DNA from: Trichosphaerium sp. ATCC 40318
Lineage: Eukaryota > Protista > Tubulinea
Reading direction: 5' to 3'
NCBI GenBank assembly: GCA_038496445.1
Contig: JALMLS010000309.1
Coordinates: 372,001-436,000 of the forward strand
DNA: 64,000 nucleotides
Below are positions 26,299 through 39,930 of the stretch, piece by piece. The notes below the pieces were generated by a model that saw nothing but the letters and a program-made list of their open reading frames with translations, was not told the origin of the DNA and did not search any database. Each line of letters opens with the position of its first letter. Position 1 is the stretch's first letter. The translations under genes and the position numbers were made by a program.

Positions 26299-26987
26299 TT
26301 AAAGCACGTGTATTATTAGTTGATACTTTGACACCATTTAATAGTCAAAATGGTTCTTCCCTACCATTCCAGGTTTTATCAAGACAGGATAACTTATTTA
26401 TCTAATTCCGTGACTGTCTTCATCTGATACTTCCTTCAAGATTCGCAAGTTATCCCTTGTTAATAAAGTAAAGTCAGCAGAACCAAGGTATTAAACGGGT
26501 TTACGTGCTCATAGCAACTATGTCCAGTGAGATCCAACAACCAACTTGTTATCAAATGTTGTATTTTAGGAACGTTGGCCAACGGATGAGTTTAGCTTTT
26601 TATTTGAGTGGCTGGGTTTGCAAAACCCTTGAGACCAAAGTAGGGCTTTCCTTCCTCTCAAAAACACGTGATAACAGTTTTAATACCACGTTGAGAAACC
26701 AAGGAATGGTATCCAAAGGGATATAGATATACCCAAGCTTCAGGATTCTATATGAGTTCTGTAGGAATTCTTAGAGTTACACTGTCTTGCACAGAATACA
26801 AATGTTTCATTCCATTGGAAAAGGTTGAAATCTTCACTTTGCTGCTTGGTCACGTGACAACGAAGGCTGTCATTTGCTGAATTGTAAAACAACCTTGACT
26901 TAATGTAGTTCCTGCTCAGGAACTCGTAAGAAAACTTACATTCAGCCCCATATTGCATCAAAACAAGTCTACATAAGCACTCATCAA

Positions 26988-27392
26988 ATGTATTTGAGAT
27001 CAATAAAGCGTGTTGCTCTAAAATCAGAAGGATCCTCACCAAGGTACATAACAGAAGTAGATGGATTAAGCAACGACATCAACAAAGGCATGGGAGGTGA
27101 TTTTGTTTACTTACAAGCCGAATGGACAAGCAATAGAAACGAAGCAGTCAGTAATATCACCTTTGTGCGCAGTAATGTCCGTCAGAAAGAGGATACAGAA
27201 GACTTGGCTTCGGGAGCTGGTGGGGACTACAGATACTTACGATTCTCAAAAGAAGCCAACCATAAAATTGAACGATTGTTTTTATGGAGAACCTCGAAAA
27301 AAAACTCTCTTCCTTCAAAGAGAGGTTTTACAGGTTGGACAAAAGATATAAACCAAAATCGTAAGGGTGACTATCTGTACCTGTGCTGGTGA
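26988..27392 (+). CDS. MABP-like beta-prism domain (three D-[IL]-N-x-G-x-G-G-x2-Y-L repeats); 5' exons unresolved
   Basis: DINKGMGGDFVYL, DLASGAGGDYRYL, DINQNRKGDYLYLCW. Confidence 0.65.
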   Translation: MYLRSIKRVALKSEGSSPRYITEVDGLSNDINKGMGGDFVYLQAEWTSNRNEAVSNITFVRSNVRQKEDTEDLASGAGGDYRYLRFSKEANHKIERLFLWRTSKKNSLPSKRGFTGWTKDINQNRKGDYLYLCW

Positions 27393-27787
27393 ACATCAAC
27401 AACGAAGTCTCAAAAAAAAAGAACACAACTTTTACTGTATCGGGTCATACAATGTATGTAGAGCTCACAGAACGGTGTGTCAATGTGAATGTACTTTATC
27501 ACAGCTACTAAATATAATGTCATAAACCTGCCATCGCATACAATCTAGTAACTTCTCAAAGTTGTAAAAGTTTTGAGTGTCTGAAATTTGAAATTGTTTT
27601 GGGGTTTTTTAACACTCTTGCAGCAAACTATATCGTATTTTGTGGAAAATAACAGGGAGATAGGTTAATCTGTACAATAAAACTTTGTTTTGCTTTGTTC
27701 CATTTTTGGCAATACAGTGAATAGAAGTTTTTTTGTTTTCACTCAAGTAATACTCTGTTAAGCCTGATTTCAACATGTTTTCTATCG

Positions 27788-30700
27788 TTAACTACCAACC
27801 TGAGATGGTGCGGTAGGTACTTCTACGCCTTGGAAAGGTGCATCAGAGAATATATGCATCTCAAAAGCTCCTTGACTGCCAGCATGAAATCGAGTAGGAA
27901 TAATCACATAAAAGTTAGGAAGCAACTGTAACTGACATCTCACTGTAAAAACAAAAGTCAGCAACCACTGCCAAATAAAAACAAAGAATTAAAAAAAATC
28001 ATACCTTCTCTACTACAAGAATACTCGCTCTTTCCGGCCAAATGACGTCGTGAGAAAACAGCGTCTAACAGAATTCAGAAAACACGTGACAAAAAAAAAC
28101 TTAAAAAAACTTCAGGAAAAAGAGCAGTATGATCTTAAGCTGCTTCTGTGACTTTTCTTTCTTTGGATTTGTACCTGTAGGTCTTTTGAATACATAGAAT
28201 CCCATCGTTTGAAGACTGTCGTGATCTTTTTGAGACAGAACAAATAAAACCTTGGCCTCCGCCTTTAAAATAAGCGCATACTTTGGATTTTGAAGCCAAG
28301 TCTTGTTATTCATACATCCACCAACAGTTTCATTCTTTTTGCTCCAATTTCCCTACCAAACTGTTAACCACATAACAATAATACCATAAAGCTTACATGG
28401 AACGCTTTATGAGCCCATCTATTCTCGATATGTCTAAAAACAAGATTCTTTGGACCAGATGCAGTAATCGTATAAGTATTAACTTCATCAACACCAAAAG
28501 TAGAAGGAATAACAACAAGAGTTTCACCACGCTTTACAGCAACTGTCTGTAATACTAAACAACATATTAAACAAACAAAAAACCGATAAAATCCAAAACC
28601 ATACCTCTCTTGCTAGGAAAGAATTTTGTTGTAACAATAACATCAGATATATCAAAATTCAAGATTTTGTTACCATCAAAGTTATTAACACGAACAATAC
28701 AAAGACCTGCATGAGGCATATTGTCTCGTTTATCCTGTTCAAGTATTATATCAACCTTAGTATCAATAGGTGATCCTAGACAGTATTGACTATTCAAACG
28801 CCAAGTAGGAAAGTTGATACAACCACCAGAAGTACCAAGTGCCCATTCTCCCTGTTTGAAAGAAAATTAGGTTACTCTGTGAGTTTTTTTTTTTAAGAGT
28901 ACCTTGTGAGAGATTATTTGATCGCTACTCTCCTCTATTAAGTTCAACTGTACAGAATGTAGACAAAATATGCGAACAGCATATGGTCCAATATAACCAG
29001 GTTTATAAGTGCAAGGCATCATGACATATTGCCCTGGTTCTAACTGAACAGTACGAGATACTAATTAAAAAAGTTAACAAACGAAAGTTAACTATCAAAA
29101 AGGGGGTTGGTACCTTCTCTAGTCTCAACAAAATGCTTAGTTTTCGCATGGATATCACTAGGCCTTAATCGAGATGCATCATCTTCAGACGCCGTCTTGA
29201 ATAAATAACAACCAATATACGGTCCAGAAGAGCCTAAATAAAAAAGAATAAAAGTCAGTAAAAGAGTACAGTTTTTCTTAACTATCAAGTACCTGGTGAT
29301 CTCATTTTATCAAGTATAAGCGTAGCAACAGATCTTTGCTTCACAGTCACAAGAATCTTTGGATTACGCACCCAAGTAGAGTGATTCATACATCCTCCCG
29401 CTGATTCCTTCTTCCATTGACCATTCAATGTATGCTCAATTTGTCTCTTAAGAGGAAAGAATGATACTGAAGTAGTAGACAAAGCAGTGATTGTAAAAGG
29501 AGCAGTCTTTCCATCATTAAAAGTACAAGGTAAAAGAATATAATCTCCTTTCTTAAGAGATAACTTTCCTGTTGTTACTTCATTGATCATATGAAATCTG
29601 CTATCCTTATTAACAAGTCTTTCACGTTCAAACGTCAACAGAGGTTGTAAAGGCATATCCTCATCTAAAAACAAATGAATCATAACAACAACATCTTATT
29701 AAAGGTCGTACCAGCATCGAAACAATATAAGCCAAGGTAATGTGGCGTTGGGACGTGTTGTGTCAAAAAAATATAAATATCGGAAACGTCTTTATACAAC
29801 CGCATAATATATTGCGGGTTTCTACGCCATGTAGGGAACTTTGTACATCCTCCAGCTGTTTCTTTGTTCCATTCTCCCTTGATTTAACATATAAGTTATA
29901 AAAATAGAGCGATTGGGTCTAAGGTCAAAGTCAAGGAAGGGAAAACGCACGTGGACAACAGCGTTTTGGTACTTTGGCAATTGTGAAATATTGATCATGC
30001 CGCTTCGCGGAGCGAGCAAGATGAGTGCAAAACGACTGGTAGAACCACGATCAAGACTCTCTACACATGGTACAATCACGTATTTGAAGTTAGGATCATC
30101 TAGGTAAACTTCTGTGTTGACTAAAGGCAAAACAACAGTTAGCAAAAAAAACATACCAAAAAATTATTTTGTGCCTTCTTGACGAACAGAGTACGGTACT
30201 TCTTTATGTGTATATTTTGGAAGAATAGGTAAACTGTAGTCTATTTCACGGAGCTTTAATACATAGAATCCAATAGACAAATTATTTTTATCTTGCTGCT
30301 GAAGCGTGACAAGAATCTAAACAAAAAAAAAAAGATTAATAAAGAAAGAAAAAACAAAAAAAAAAAAACAGTTCTGAAAGTTCTCTTTGTCAACACGTAC
30401 CTGTGTTGGTTTAGAAATAGATACGACAAACTGAGGGTTATTCCTGAATGGATTTTCACCTTTAGCAATACCAGTCCAAATGCCCTTCTTCACATGAGAA
30501 GCGTAAGCTGTATTTTTTTGTGCATAAATATCACGTTTGAATGAATGTGTTTCAGCAGATCCTCTCTTGACAAGCTTCTTCTTCCTTGGATTTGACGTTT
30601 GAAAGTTAGCATCAAGAGCATCTAGCTCTGAGAGCAAGTCATCGAACTCTGTTCTTTTTTGTCTTCGAGTTTTACTTACAGCAATCTTGAAGTCATTTAT

Positions 30701-33334
30701 TTTTCCTGGAGGAACCGATAATGGTCTGTTACCGTTCTTGTTGTTTAAAAGTGAACTGAAACTTCTTGATGGTCTTGTTAAAGGCTTTGGTCTGAGCAAA
30801 GAATCAGAACTAGCAAACTTATTGAATAAGTTCTTGGTGTAAGGTGATCGTGTTTTTTTCTTGTGATCTTCAAGTTGTTTGACTGTTGCTGAGAGGTCAT
30901 GACCTTCAAGTTCCTTGCTAAGCTCATCCCAATTAATAGATGTCTTTGATTGCGCCACTGGTGGTTCTGTAACCTTTGGCACTTCAACCTTTGGCACTTC
31001 GGGAGATACAACTGTTTGTACACGGCGAGCACTGGAGTTGGAAATAGGAGCTTTTTCTTTTTTGTTAAGAAGAATAATTTTAGATTGTTCTTTGCCAGGA
31101 CTCAAAAACCCTGGAGGCGTTGACTTTTTACGGGTTTCGCGTACAATCGTAGTGTTTCTATTATCATTAAGTTCTTCTTCGGATTCATCACTTGTATAAA
31201 CCTAAAACAGATCTTAAGCACAAGCAAACAAAAGAAAAGAAAAGTCAAGTCTATTGGCTTTGCCAACCAAACTCATCTACAAGCTTCTTTACGCACATCA
31301 TCTGAGTCGTATTCTGACTCTGTAATAGATTCTAAATCATTAAGATCAAACAAAGCCATACTGGCGGGATTATCAGCTTCTTTAGGTTCCTCCTTTGTTG
31401 CATTTTCGAAACCTCCTTTTTTCTCAATAACTTCCTCAGCCTGACGAATCAACGTCGTCATGGCTCGCTTATTAGCCTTCTTTAGAAACGAATGCTAAAA
31501 AGCATACAGTTAGAAGGACGAAAATCCCAAACAAAAATAAAGACGTGATAAGTCACGTGCGAGTACCTCAAGTAGTTCTGAAGCAAAAGGTCTAGATGCA
31601 GGATCCTTTGTTAATCCTTTGGCAAGAAAATCGTTAAATTCTTCGGACCAATGCATTGGATGCGTCAAGGTAGGTGCAGGGTTTGTCGGAATCAGAAATA
31701 ACACTCGCATAGGATGAACATCATGGAAGGGAGGTTCCTTCTCCGCCATTTCTATGGCGGAGATACAAAGAGCCCAAATATCTACTTTAAAATCATAACC
31801 GGATTCTTGAATTATTTCCGGAGCCAAATAGAACGGTGTGCCAATAACAGTCGTTCGAGGCTATTAAAAAACAAAATTTAACCACACGTGATATAAGTGT
31901 AATGAATTATACCTCATTTGCGCCGTCAGACGCCACACCAAAGTCAGCTGTAAACTTGTTAGCAAAGTATTTCGATAAAAAAAATTGGGCACTACAAAAA
32001 AAAAATTTATACAGCTCTATTTTCAGTACATACCAAGTTTAGCTTCACCTTTGTGGTTAACCAAGATGTCTATAATAGTGTTAAAATAGAAAATTCGATT
32101 GATTGTAGATCAGGAGACGAACAAACAAATAAATAAATTCAAAAGAAAATTGTTATGTTGATTGTAAATTTTCTCCTTACTATGAGGTTTTATATCTCTG
32201 TGAATACTCTTTATCTTTTGCAAATAAGCTAAACCACGCAATGCATACTGACAAACAGTCGCAATTTGTGCCTATCAACCAATAAGTTCAAAACTTTCAC
32301 AGAACGGAAAAAAATGTCCAAAAGTCAGGGGTATCGTTTTTAACTGCATTCGTGTCGTTATTCGACAACCAAACGCCAATACTAATACACACCTCTTCCA
32401 AGGTTTTATTTGTCATTCTCATAACATCAGAGACAGATCCCAAAGAGCAGTACTCCATAATAATCTATTTAGAGTGAGTTAAAACATGATATGAAAAAAA
32501 CAAACTGCTGGACAAAAAGAAAATTTTTTTCTATTTGCAACACCATGTTTTTGTTACTTTCAAGAAATAGCTGCGTATTTGATACAAAGAGTACATTTTG
32601 AAGCGATGAAGAAGAAGATTTTGACTATTGATTTTTTTTTTGTAAAACTTGACGTTCTTCTTCGTTTAACACAAAACAAAAGGCATAATTATAGCGAAAA
32701 CAAATATATATAGTATACTACTTTGCGAAGCGTATAAAGAATTTCCAAAAAAGACGGTTTAAACTGAATAAAACAAAATAGATGTATTTTTCCGTTTGCA
32801 TTGTAATGCTATGTTAATAGTTGCATAGTTTAAAGTACAATGGTTAATAAACGATGGAGTAATAAAATGGAGTTCGAAACAAAAAGTAAAAAATGCGTTT
32901 GTACTCCGATAGGCGTTAATCAAACCAAGCGGATTTACAAGCTATGTATTACGCACCCACATGACACTCTCTACAAGGCAGCTTCCAAAGTAATGAACGA
33001 TTGCAGGACTATCACAGTCTTTCATGATCTTAATCTCGCGCATGAGCTCTGCACTCTCTTCTGCATGGTTCCAAACTATCTTTTTAATCGCTAGGACCTT
33101 ATCTGTTTTCTTGTGACTTGCTTTCCATACTTCGCCGTCGGCACTAATTGGGAGTAGTTAGAAATATGATTACGACGCATTGTGGCATTTTAATCAATTA
33201 GCGGTACTAAAACGGGTTTTCTTTCCGTGGTATTCATCTACCATAAATTGTAAGTGTGCTCACCCTCTACCAAGGCATTCTAAAAATTCAAACTGCTTTT
33301 CAATGTTATTATAAGTTCCATTCGTGAGAGCCAT
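27788..33334 (-). CDS. krsB: STE20/MST-family kinase with C-terminal calpain domain-III repeats (KrsB-like)
   Basis: Spliced kinase LGRGADGEVWK..LAIKKI..IIMEYC..HRDIKPHN..ADFG..TVIGTPFYLAPE..DIWALCISAIEMAEKEPP, then five G-x-W..GGC..W..NP-x-[YF] calpain-III units. Confidence 0.85.
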
Positions 33335-33635
33335 TTATAATTCAATTTGACGCGTTAGGTTGCATCACAGTCCAGGAGCTTGTCTTTTGGGGCCAACTTG
33401 TATTTATTTTAGGTTACACGAGGCTTTGACGCTGCGTATATTTGAAAAGTTTCCGTATGGCACTTCCGAGTGGAGATAAACCAATTGAATACAATTGTAA
33501 ATTTGCAAAACAAACCTCTAAAACTTTTTTTCTTATCCGAAGAAATATTGCGTACTAACGTCAAGACTATTCACGTACGTTTTTAGTTTCTAGCCAGTGA
33601 TTGTCGCCGTTACTTTGTTCCAAACGGTTGGTTCA

Positions 33636-36600
33636 ATGTCTTCTATAGCTGTACGTTTATAACATTCCGATCATTCCACCTGGTTGACAGAACCTTCAGC
33701 AAAGCGGCTACCTAAAGAAGCAAGGTAATGATGCTTTCAAGAGGTTCATTACTAGGTACATACGAGATGATTTCATAAAAATCTGACGCTTACAACCCGC
33801 AAGGTGGTTCGTTTTAAAGGAGGACAAATTATTTTACTACAAGCGAAGGGAAGATGCATCAGCAGTGTCGTACATTGAAGTGGGAAACATTTTCAAGGTT
33901 GAGCGTGGTGCGGATAAAAAAGATACGACGTTCAAGCTTCATACACCAGACAGGGCACGCGTTAGAACAGATTATGGAGTCCACAAAAAGAGTTTTTGGT
34001 TAATACTTTTGGTAGATTTTTGTTTTACAAGCTAAAACAAGCGATGACGTTGAGAACTGGGTACAAACAATAGGTAAAGTGTCAATAACTCAAGAACAAA
34101 AAAGAAAAAACTGCAATTTTTGCTTTATGAAGTAGAATGCCTCAAAACACAACTTATAGTGATATAGAGACTGCCAAAACAATAAAGAGACGTTTAAGTG
34201 GACGTAAACGAACTGAAACAGGCCGCAGAGTGCGTTTTTCGTGAAAAACTAATTTGGTAAATGCCCAAAGAGGCAATTATCGTAATCACTGTTTTTATCT
34301 TTACTGAGGTGTACCAACAGTTAATTTATTTATTTTTATTTTAGAGAAAGGCTACGATAACTGATTCAGATGAGTCTTATAAGCAATTAAAACAGAACAT
34401 TCGTATGTCCTTCAAAACCCCTTTTTTTGTTTTGAAAAAAAATGAGTTTTCTTAACGGTTTTTTCTTAGAGAGCTTTGATGAGGCACAAAGGAACTCTCA
34501 TGACCCTCCACAAACCCACACAGGTGTAGTATTTAGTGGCTCTGGACCTGGTAGTGTTGGGAGTCTGCCTCGGGGACGTAAAAGAACGAGTGACGTTTGG
34601 AGTAAACCTTCTAAGGTAAGTTTAAATGTTCCATTAAAAATAAAACCCGTGCCAAACTTTACATGTGGTTTGTTACAATACACGTGTTCTGTATGCTTAT
34701 GTTTCCCTTCTTATAGTTCACTGTCAAGTCACCAAAGACGACGAGCTTCTCTGGAGGTAGTAGGAGTAATAGATCTTCTATTGGCGAAGAAAGACGTATG
34801 TCGATTGGTATGGCTCGTTCTTTTGCTTCCACCGATAGTGTTAGTGATCCAGACGGTGACTCTACTCCAAAATCTACCAGTATATCTCCAAGAGAACGTA
34901 AAAGAGAACGGTCAAGAGGGGTATCAACACCTAGTATCAACCCAGAATCTTTGAATAAACCTGAACCTGTTGTAATTCAAGACGAACCGGAGCCTAATGT
35001 TGTCGAAGATATCCAGGACGCACCGCAAACTCCTTCCGATTCTACGAAAGAAGAGCCTAGCATTAGGTTGAAAGCGGTAGAGGAGGCCAACAAAGAGCCA
35101 GAAAAGAGTGAAGAAGAAACCCCTGAGGAAATAGAATCACAAGCCAATGAAGATACCACAGATGAACAACCACAAATTTTTGAAAATGAGCCTGAAGAAA
35201 ATACAGTAGTTCAACCTTCAGAACCACTACACAATAAAGACGTTGAACCAACTCTTGATGAAGAGGTAGATGAGCAGCAGCCTCGCGATGTAGAAGAGAA
35301 TGACGAGGAGATTGATGACAATGAGAATGAAGCTAGCAATGACTCTGATTCTCAACAAGAGAACTTGGTGCAGTCAGAAGAGATAACTTCAGAAGTTGAA
35401 AACAATACTCTCTCAACTAAAGAGGAACAAGACACACTGCAAATGGAAGATGAGAATAATGTGGTAGCCCAAAACGTGGAGAATTCACATGAAGACCAAG
35501 AGGCCAAAGAAGCACAAGCTCGACAAGCACAAGAAACCAGACAAGCACGGGAGGCTCTAGAAGCTCAAGCTGCTCTAGAAGCCAGAGAAGCACGAGAAGC
35601 TGAAGCTCAAGCAATTAAGAAAGCACAAGAAGCCAAAGAAGCTCGACAAGCTCAAGAACTCAGAGAAGCACAAGAAGCTCTAGAAGCTGAGGAAGTTAGA
35701 CAAGCTAAAGAAGCACAAGAAGCTGAGGAAGCTAGAGCAGCTCAAAATACACACGATCTAGTTGAGAACGAACCAAGTCCCCAAATGAAAGCACATGAAT
35801 CAATACAAAGGCAGGCTTACACTGAAAGCGATGAGGAAAGCGAAGATTCCCTCGACAACATCAACATTGGCGAAGAAGTGAAACCATCAGATGATACAAA
35901 AGTCGATGTTAAAGAAAGTAGTCCACTTCAAGCCACGTCTAAACACTCTGTCGAAAGCGTTACAACACAACCGAAAGGAGACGACGAACAGAAAGATGTA
36001 CAGGATACTGATCTTCATTCGACTCTTTTGGCATCAGAAGAAATTCTAAAGGAACTTGGCGAAGAAGAAGAAGAAAAATCATATTCTGATGATAGGGTAG
36101 AAGGAGATCCTGTTTCTGAAGATGAACAGAGTCCAATTATACCAGCAAGGGTACCTAAAAATACAATCAACGTATCACGCAACGATCCGCGACGTTCAGA
36201 TCCAGTACATGTCGCCCCTGCACATGATTTGATGGATGACGAAACAACTAGTTTACCTGTTAAGAACACATTGTCTGCTTTGTCCCAGTTTAACTCACAA
36301 CATACTGGTGATGATGGTAGACGTTCTTGGAGACATGTTAGGGTTGGTAGAACATCAAGTAAAGAGATGTCTTCACGTCAAACAAGACTTAATACAGAAG
36401 CTTCAATTGAACTTGAAAAAAAAGAAAAAAAATCAAGAGTCAATATTTCTGTCGCGGAGAACACACCAGAAGCAACTGCGGTATCAAAATCATCTGATGA
36501 CGTGGGTGATGAATCAAAGTATAACCCTTCTTATAAATTACCATGGACTCTTGATGAGATAAAGGTGGAAGTCACCAATTTTAACTGCTCAGTTCATCAG

Positions 36601-37647
36601 CAAGGTATTTTTTCTGTTGACACAGTCAACTTTTTCTGTCACTTTTTTTGTTCAAAATGTTACGACAAGACAAGCCTTAAATACATTCAATTTTAACACT
36701 TCATATCTTAAAAAAATACACAGCACCTTTCTTTATGTGTAGAACCTCAGATAGGGTGTAGTCAATTACAATTTCTGAAGTGGTTTTTTTGTGTTTTTTG
36801 ATTTTAAATGTCATTTTATCGCTTTCATTTTTCAGTTTAATTTGTACTTATACAGGTTTTAGGGCTATTGTGGCATCTTTTTTCTATTGTAGATATGATA
36901 TATACATATTATTATAACCCACAAGTGCTTACAGATGAGATGAGAGAAGAACTAGGAGACGATACAAAATCCTTAAGTATTGGCGATAAAGTTCGAGGTC
37001 CTTTGTGTACTGCACTTGCATGTATTCTATTTGATAACTTTAAATCATATCGATTATTTGGTCGTTACCATGTTTGGGACTATATAAAGGCAGCAGGAAC
37101 AGGAAAACGCACGTGATAACTTTTTTTTCCTTTGTTCAAGTTTTTTTGTTAACGTAAGTTTTTTAGCTTCTGTGTTTGATTTGACGCAACTCAGCATGTC
37201 CACAACACTTAAAAATATTGTAAAGAATGGACATAGAACACAAGATAATAGTGAAAGGTTTAGAACATTTGTTGTGTTGGCACTAAAGTACGTACTATTT
37301 TACCAATGCTTTTTGTTTTAACCATGTTTTTTTTTTTGTAGTAAACGATCGTTACACAAATGGCTGCGTTTGTGTCTTATCGATCCTTGTACATATAGAC
37401 ATTATAAGCCTAATGCTTTGACATTAACTACAGCTGACTTTATTTTAAAAGCTCTGGAACCATTAAGTACGCTTTTTTTTTTGAACTTGACTTTTTTAAA
37501 AAATACCCCAAGAGTTTTTGTCAACTGTCTTTTACTGTTTGTATAACTATTTTGACTTTTGTTTCTTTAGGTAAATTTCCTTTCCTTTTGACACTAGATT
37601 TTGAGATACGACAGAAGAAAGAGCGTGAGAAAGCTGAGGAACCTTAA
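33636..37647 (+). CDS. PH domain + long acidic/coiled-coil region + C-terminal RUN domain protein
   Basis: SGYLKKQG..RWFVLKEDKLFYYK..FKLHTPDRIFVLQAK..WVQTI (PH). GPLCTALACILFDNFK..HVWDYI..RFRTFVVLALNKRSLHKWL..LEPLSKFPF (RUN). Confidence 0.82.
35491..35745 (+). repeat. Coding degenerate minisatellite (GAAGCACAAGAAGC-type) encoding EAQEA/EARQA helical repeats
   Basis: EAKEAQARQAQETRQAREALEAQAALEAREAREAEAQ.. inside the PH-RUN gene. Confidence 0.75.
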
Positions 37648-38270
37648 AGCCAAAGAAAAAAAAAAGAAAGAAAAAACAAACATGTACATAGTAAAATAAT
37701 ACTTGCAATCACAATCACAGCTTGCTTATTTATTTATTTGGGAGACTTTTTTTGTGCCTGCATTGAAGTGATAAGAAAGTACAATTTTATACACAAACAC
37801 CTCCTCTTTGCAAGTCAGGGATGCAGAATAAAGACATCTTAGCGGTAACAGCAGCTTGGTAAAAGTCTTGTAATTAGGTCAACGCTTCAGCCACTCAATT
37901 GACATTTATACGAGTGAAGAAGGGTAACTGTTTTAAATATATTTACTAAACTATCTTGCAATTGTATAAAAATGGCCTTTTGCTATCAAGGAATATCGTG
38001 ATAATGGTCAACTTTTCAAGGATGCCAAACACCAAAGAATAATAGTCAGCAAGTAAATATTGTATGGCATTCTAAGCTCAAAAGTACAAATATGTTCAGT
38101 TAGTCTAGTTTCTTGCAACGTCACAATTGTTAAAAACTTGGCCGTCACTCAAGGATGCAGAATAAACATGTGACTTATCCTTAACGGCTTTATGTTTGCA
38201 CCTAAAAATAGAATTCATCAGCTTTTAATCTTCCACTCAATATACAAGCTGAAGCTTATAGTAGTGTCAG

Positions 38271-39747
38271 ATGACGAATTTCCTTGGTATTTCCGTTGAA
38301 CAAGCAACTTCATACTATCGTAGGAACCACAAAGAAGAGTTCAGAAGAATTACTGAAGAACAAAGCGAAACATTCATAAACCAACTTGAAATCATCTTGT
38401 ACAATGCGAAAACAAGCCTTGCGTTACAATTAGACCAATATCTCTTTGAAAACGTTGAAACAGTATCTAAAACAAGCAAACTGCGTCAAGTACATTCTAA
38501 TCAGTATCGTACGCCAAAACATAGACAATCAAAGACCGCAGAGGTTGTAAAACGCAAACATACGTACGTTAAATCTAAATAAGGATGAAGTGTACTAACT
38601 CACTTTAACTAGATCACAGACAACGCTCAAAGTACAGAATATTCTCAAATTCCCACCAGAGGTTATTGCATGTATTCTCCACCATACAAAATCAAAAACA
38701 AGATTCATTGTTGCTCAGTCATGTCGTTTGATGGCTGATATCATCCACCATGTTGTTGGATATGAGAAGGTGTATATCTACAATATTCCAGACGTTTTAA
38801 GGATAAGACAGTACAAGGGTATCATGAACAATACCATTGTCAAGATGAGAGTAAAGAACAACACATTGTTTTCTTTATTGTCTGGATGTCGTATTCTTGA
38901 TACTACATTTGTGAGAAGGACACTTGAATCACATGAAGAAAGTAGTGTGATCAATGATCATGATCTTAAAGAGCTTGCAGGTGTTCACACTATTTATCTT
39001 TGTCGTTGTAAACATGTGACAGATGAAGGTATCAAAGCACTAAAAGGTGTTCATGAAATTCATCTTAATTGTTGTGATGTGACAGATGATGGTATCAAAG
39101 CACTTGCAGGTGTTCATACAATTGGCTTAGCAGGTTGTACTAAAATTACAGACGAGGGTTTCAAGTCGTTAAGTGGAGTTCACACAATTAATCTTTATGC
39201 GACATCAATTACTGATGCATGTCTCAAAGAACTTAAAGTGGTTCATTCCATTTATCTTGGTCGTTGTACATCTGTGACTGATGAAGGTATCAAAGCATTG
39301 AAAGGTATTCATACGATTTTTCTGAACAATACCTCAGTGACAGATGAGGGTATCAAAGCGCTTGCAGGCACTCATACTATACACCTTGGAGATACTGCAG
39401 TAACTGATGAAGGTATTCAAGCTCTTGCAGGTGTCCATGCCATTGATCTTAGTCATACATCAGTGACAGATGAAGGTATCAAATCACTCAAAGGGGTTCA
39501 TGCTATTAACCTTGCAAGCACTTCAGTAACAGACGAAGGAATCAAATCCCTAGTGGGAGTCCACACACTTGGAGTTATGCATTGCGAGCATGTGACTGAA
39601 GGAGGCATTAAAGCAGTACAAGGTCTCCACACTGTGCAGCTAAGTAGTGATCAACGGTGTGATTTTGGAGTATTTAGTGTTGAATGTCATGATCTCGATG
39701 GCAAGTTTCTAGAATTTACTCAAGACTTAATCAAATTCCCAAACTGA
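38271..39747 (+). CDS. F-box + leucine-rich-repeat protein, copy 1 (intron 38564..38612), intact
   Basis: A GTACGT..TACTAAC..TAG intron joins exon 1 to ILKFPPEVIACILHHTKSKTRFIVAQSCRLMADII (F-box) and about 10 VHxIxLxxTxVTDEGIKAL repeats. Confidence 0.9.
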
Positions 39748-39930
39748 TACTCAAAATTGTTTTGCAATGAACACTATGAGATAATCCGCCAACAACATCA
39801 ACCGTTAATTTAAACCACTTACAAATATAAAATCAAATAAAACAAAGTCTTATTTGAAACCTTGCTACGTTTTATTTTTAGGTAAATATTAAAAACCCAC
39901 GTGGGTATTACAACGGGATTGTCAAGCAAG

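Noticed and set aside
34798-36696. 632-aa ORF as a stand-alone gene
   Set aside because: It is an internal exon of the PH-RUN gene, read through into an intron
38950-39620. Regularly spaced GATGAAGGTATCAAAGC repeats resembling a CRISPR array
   Set aside because: They are in-frame LRR codons with homologous spacers, in a eukaryotic gene
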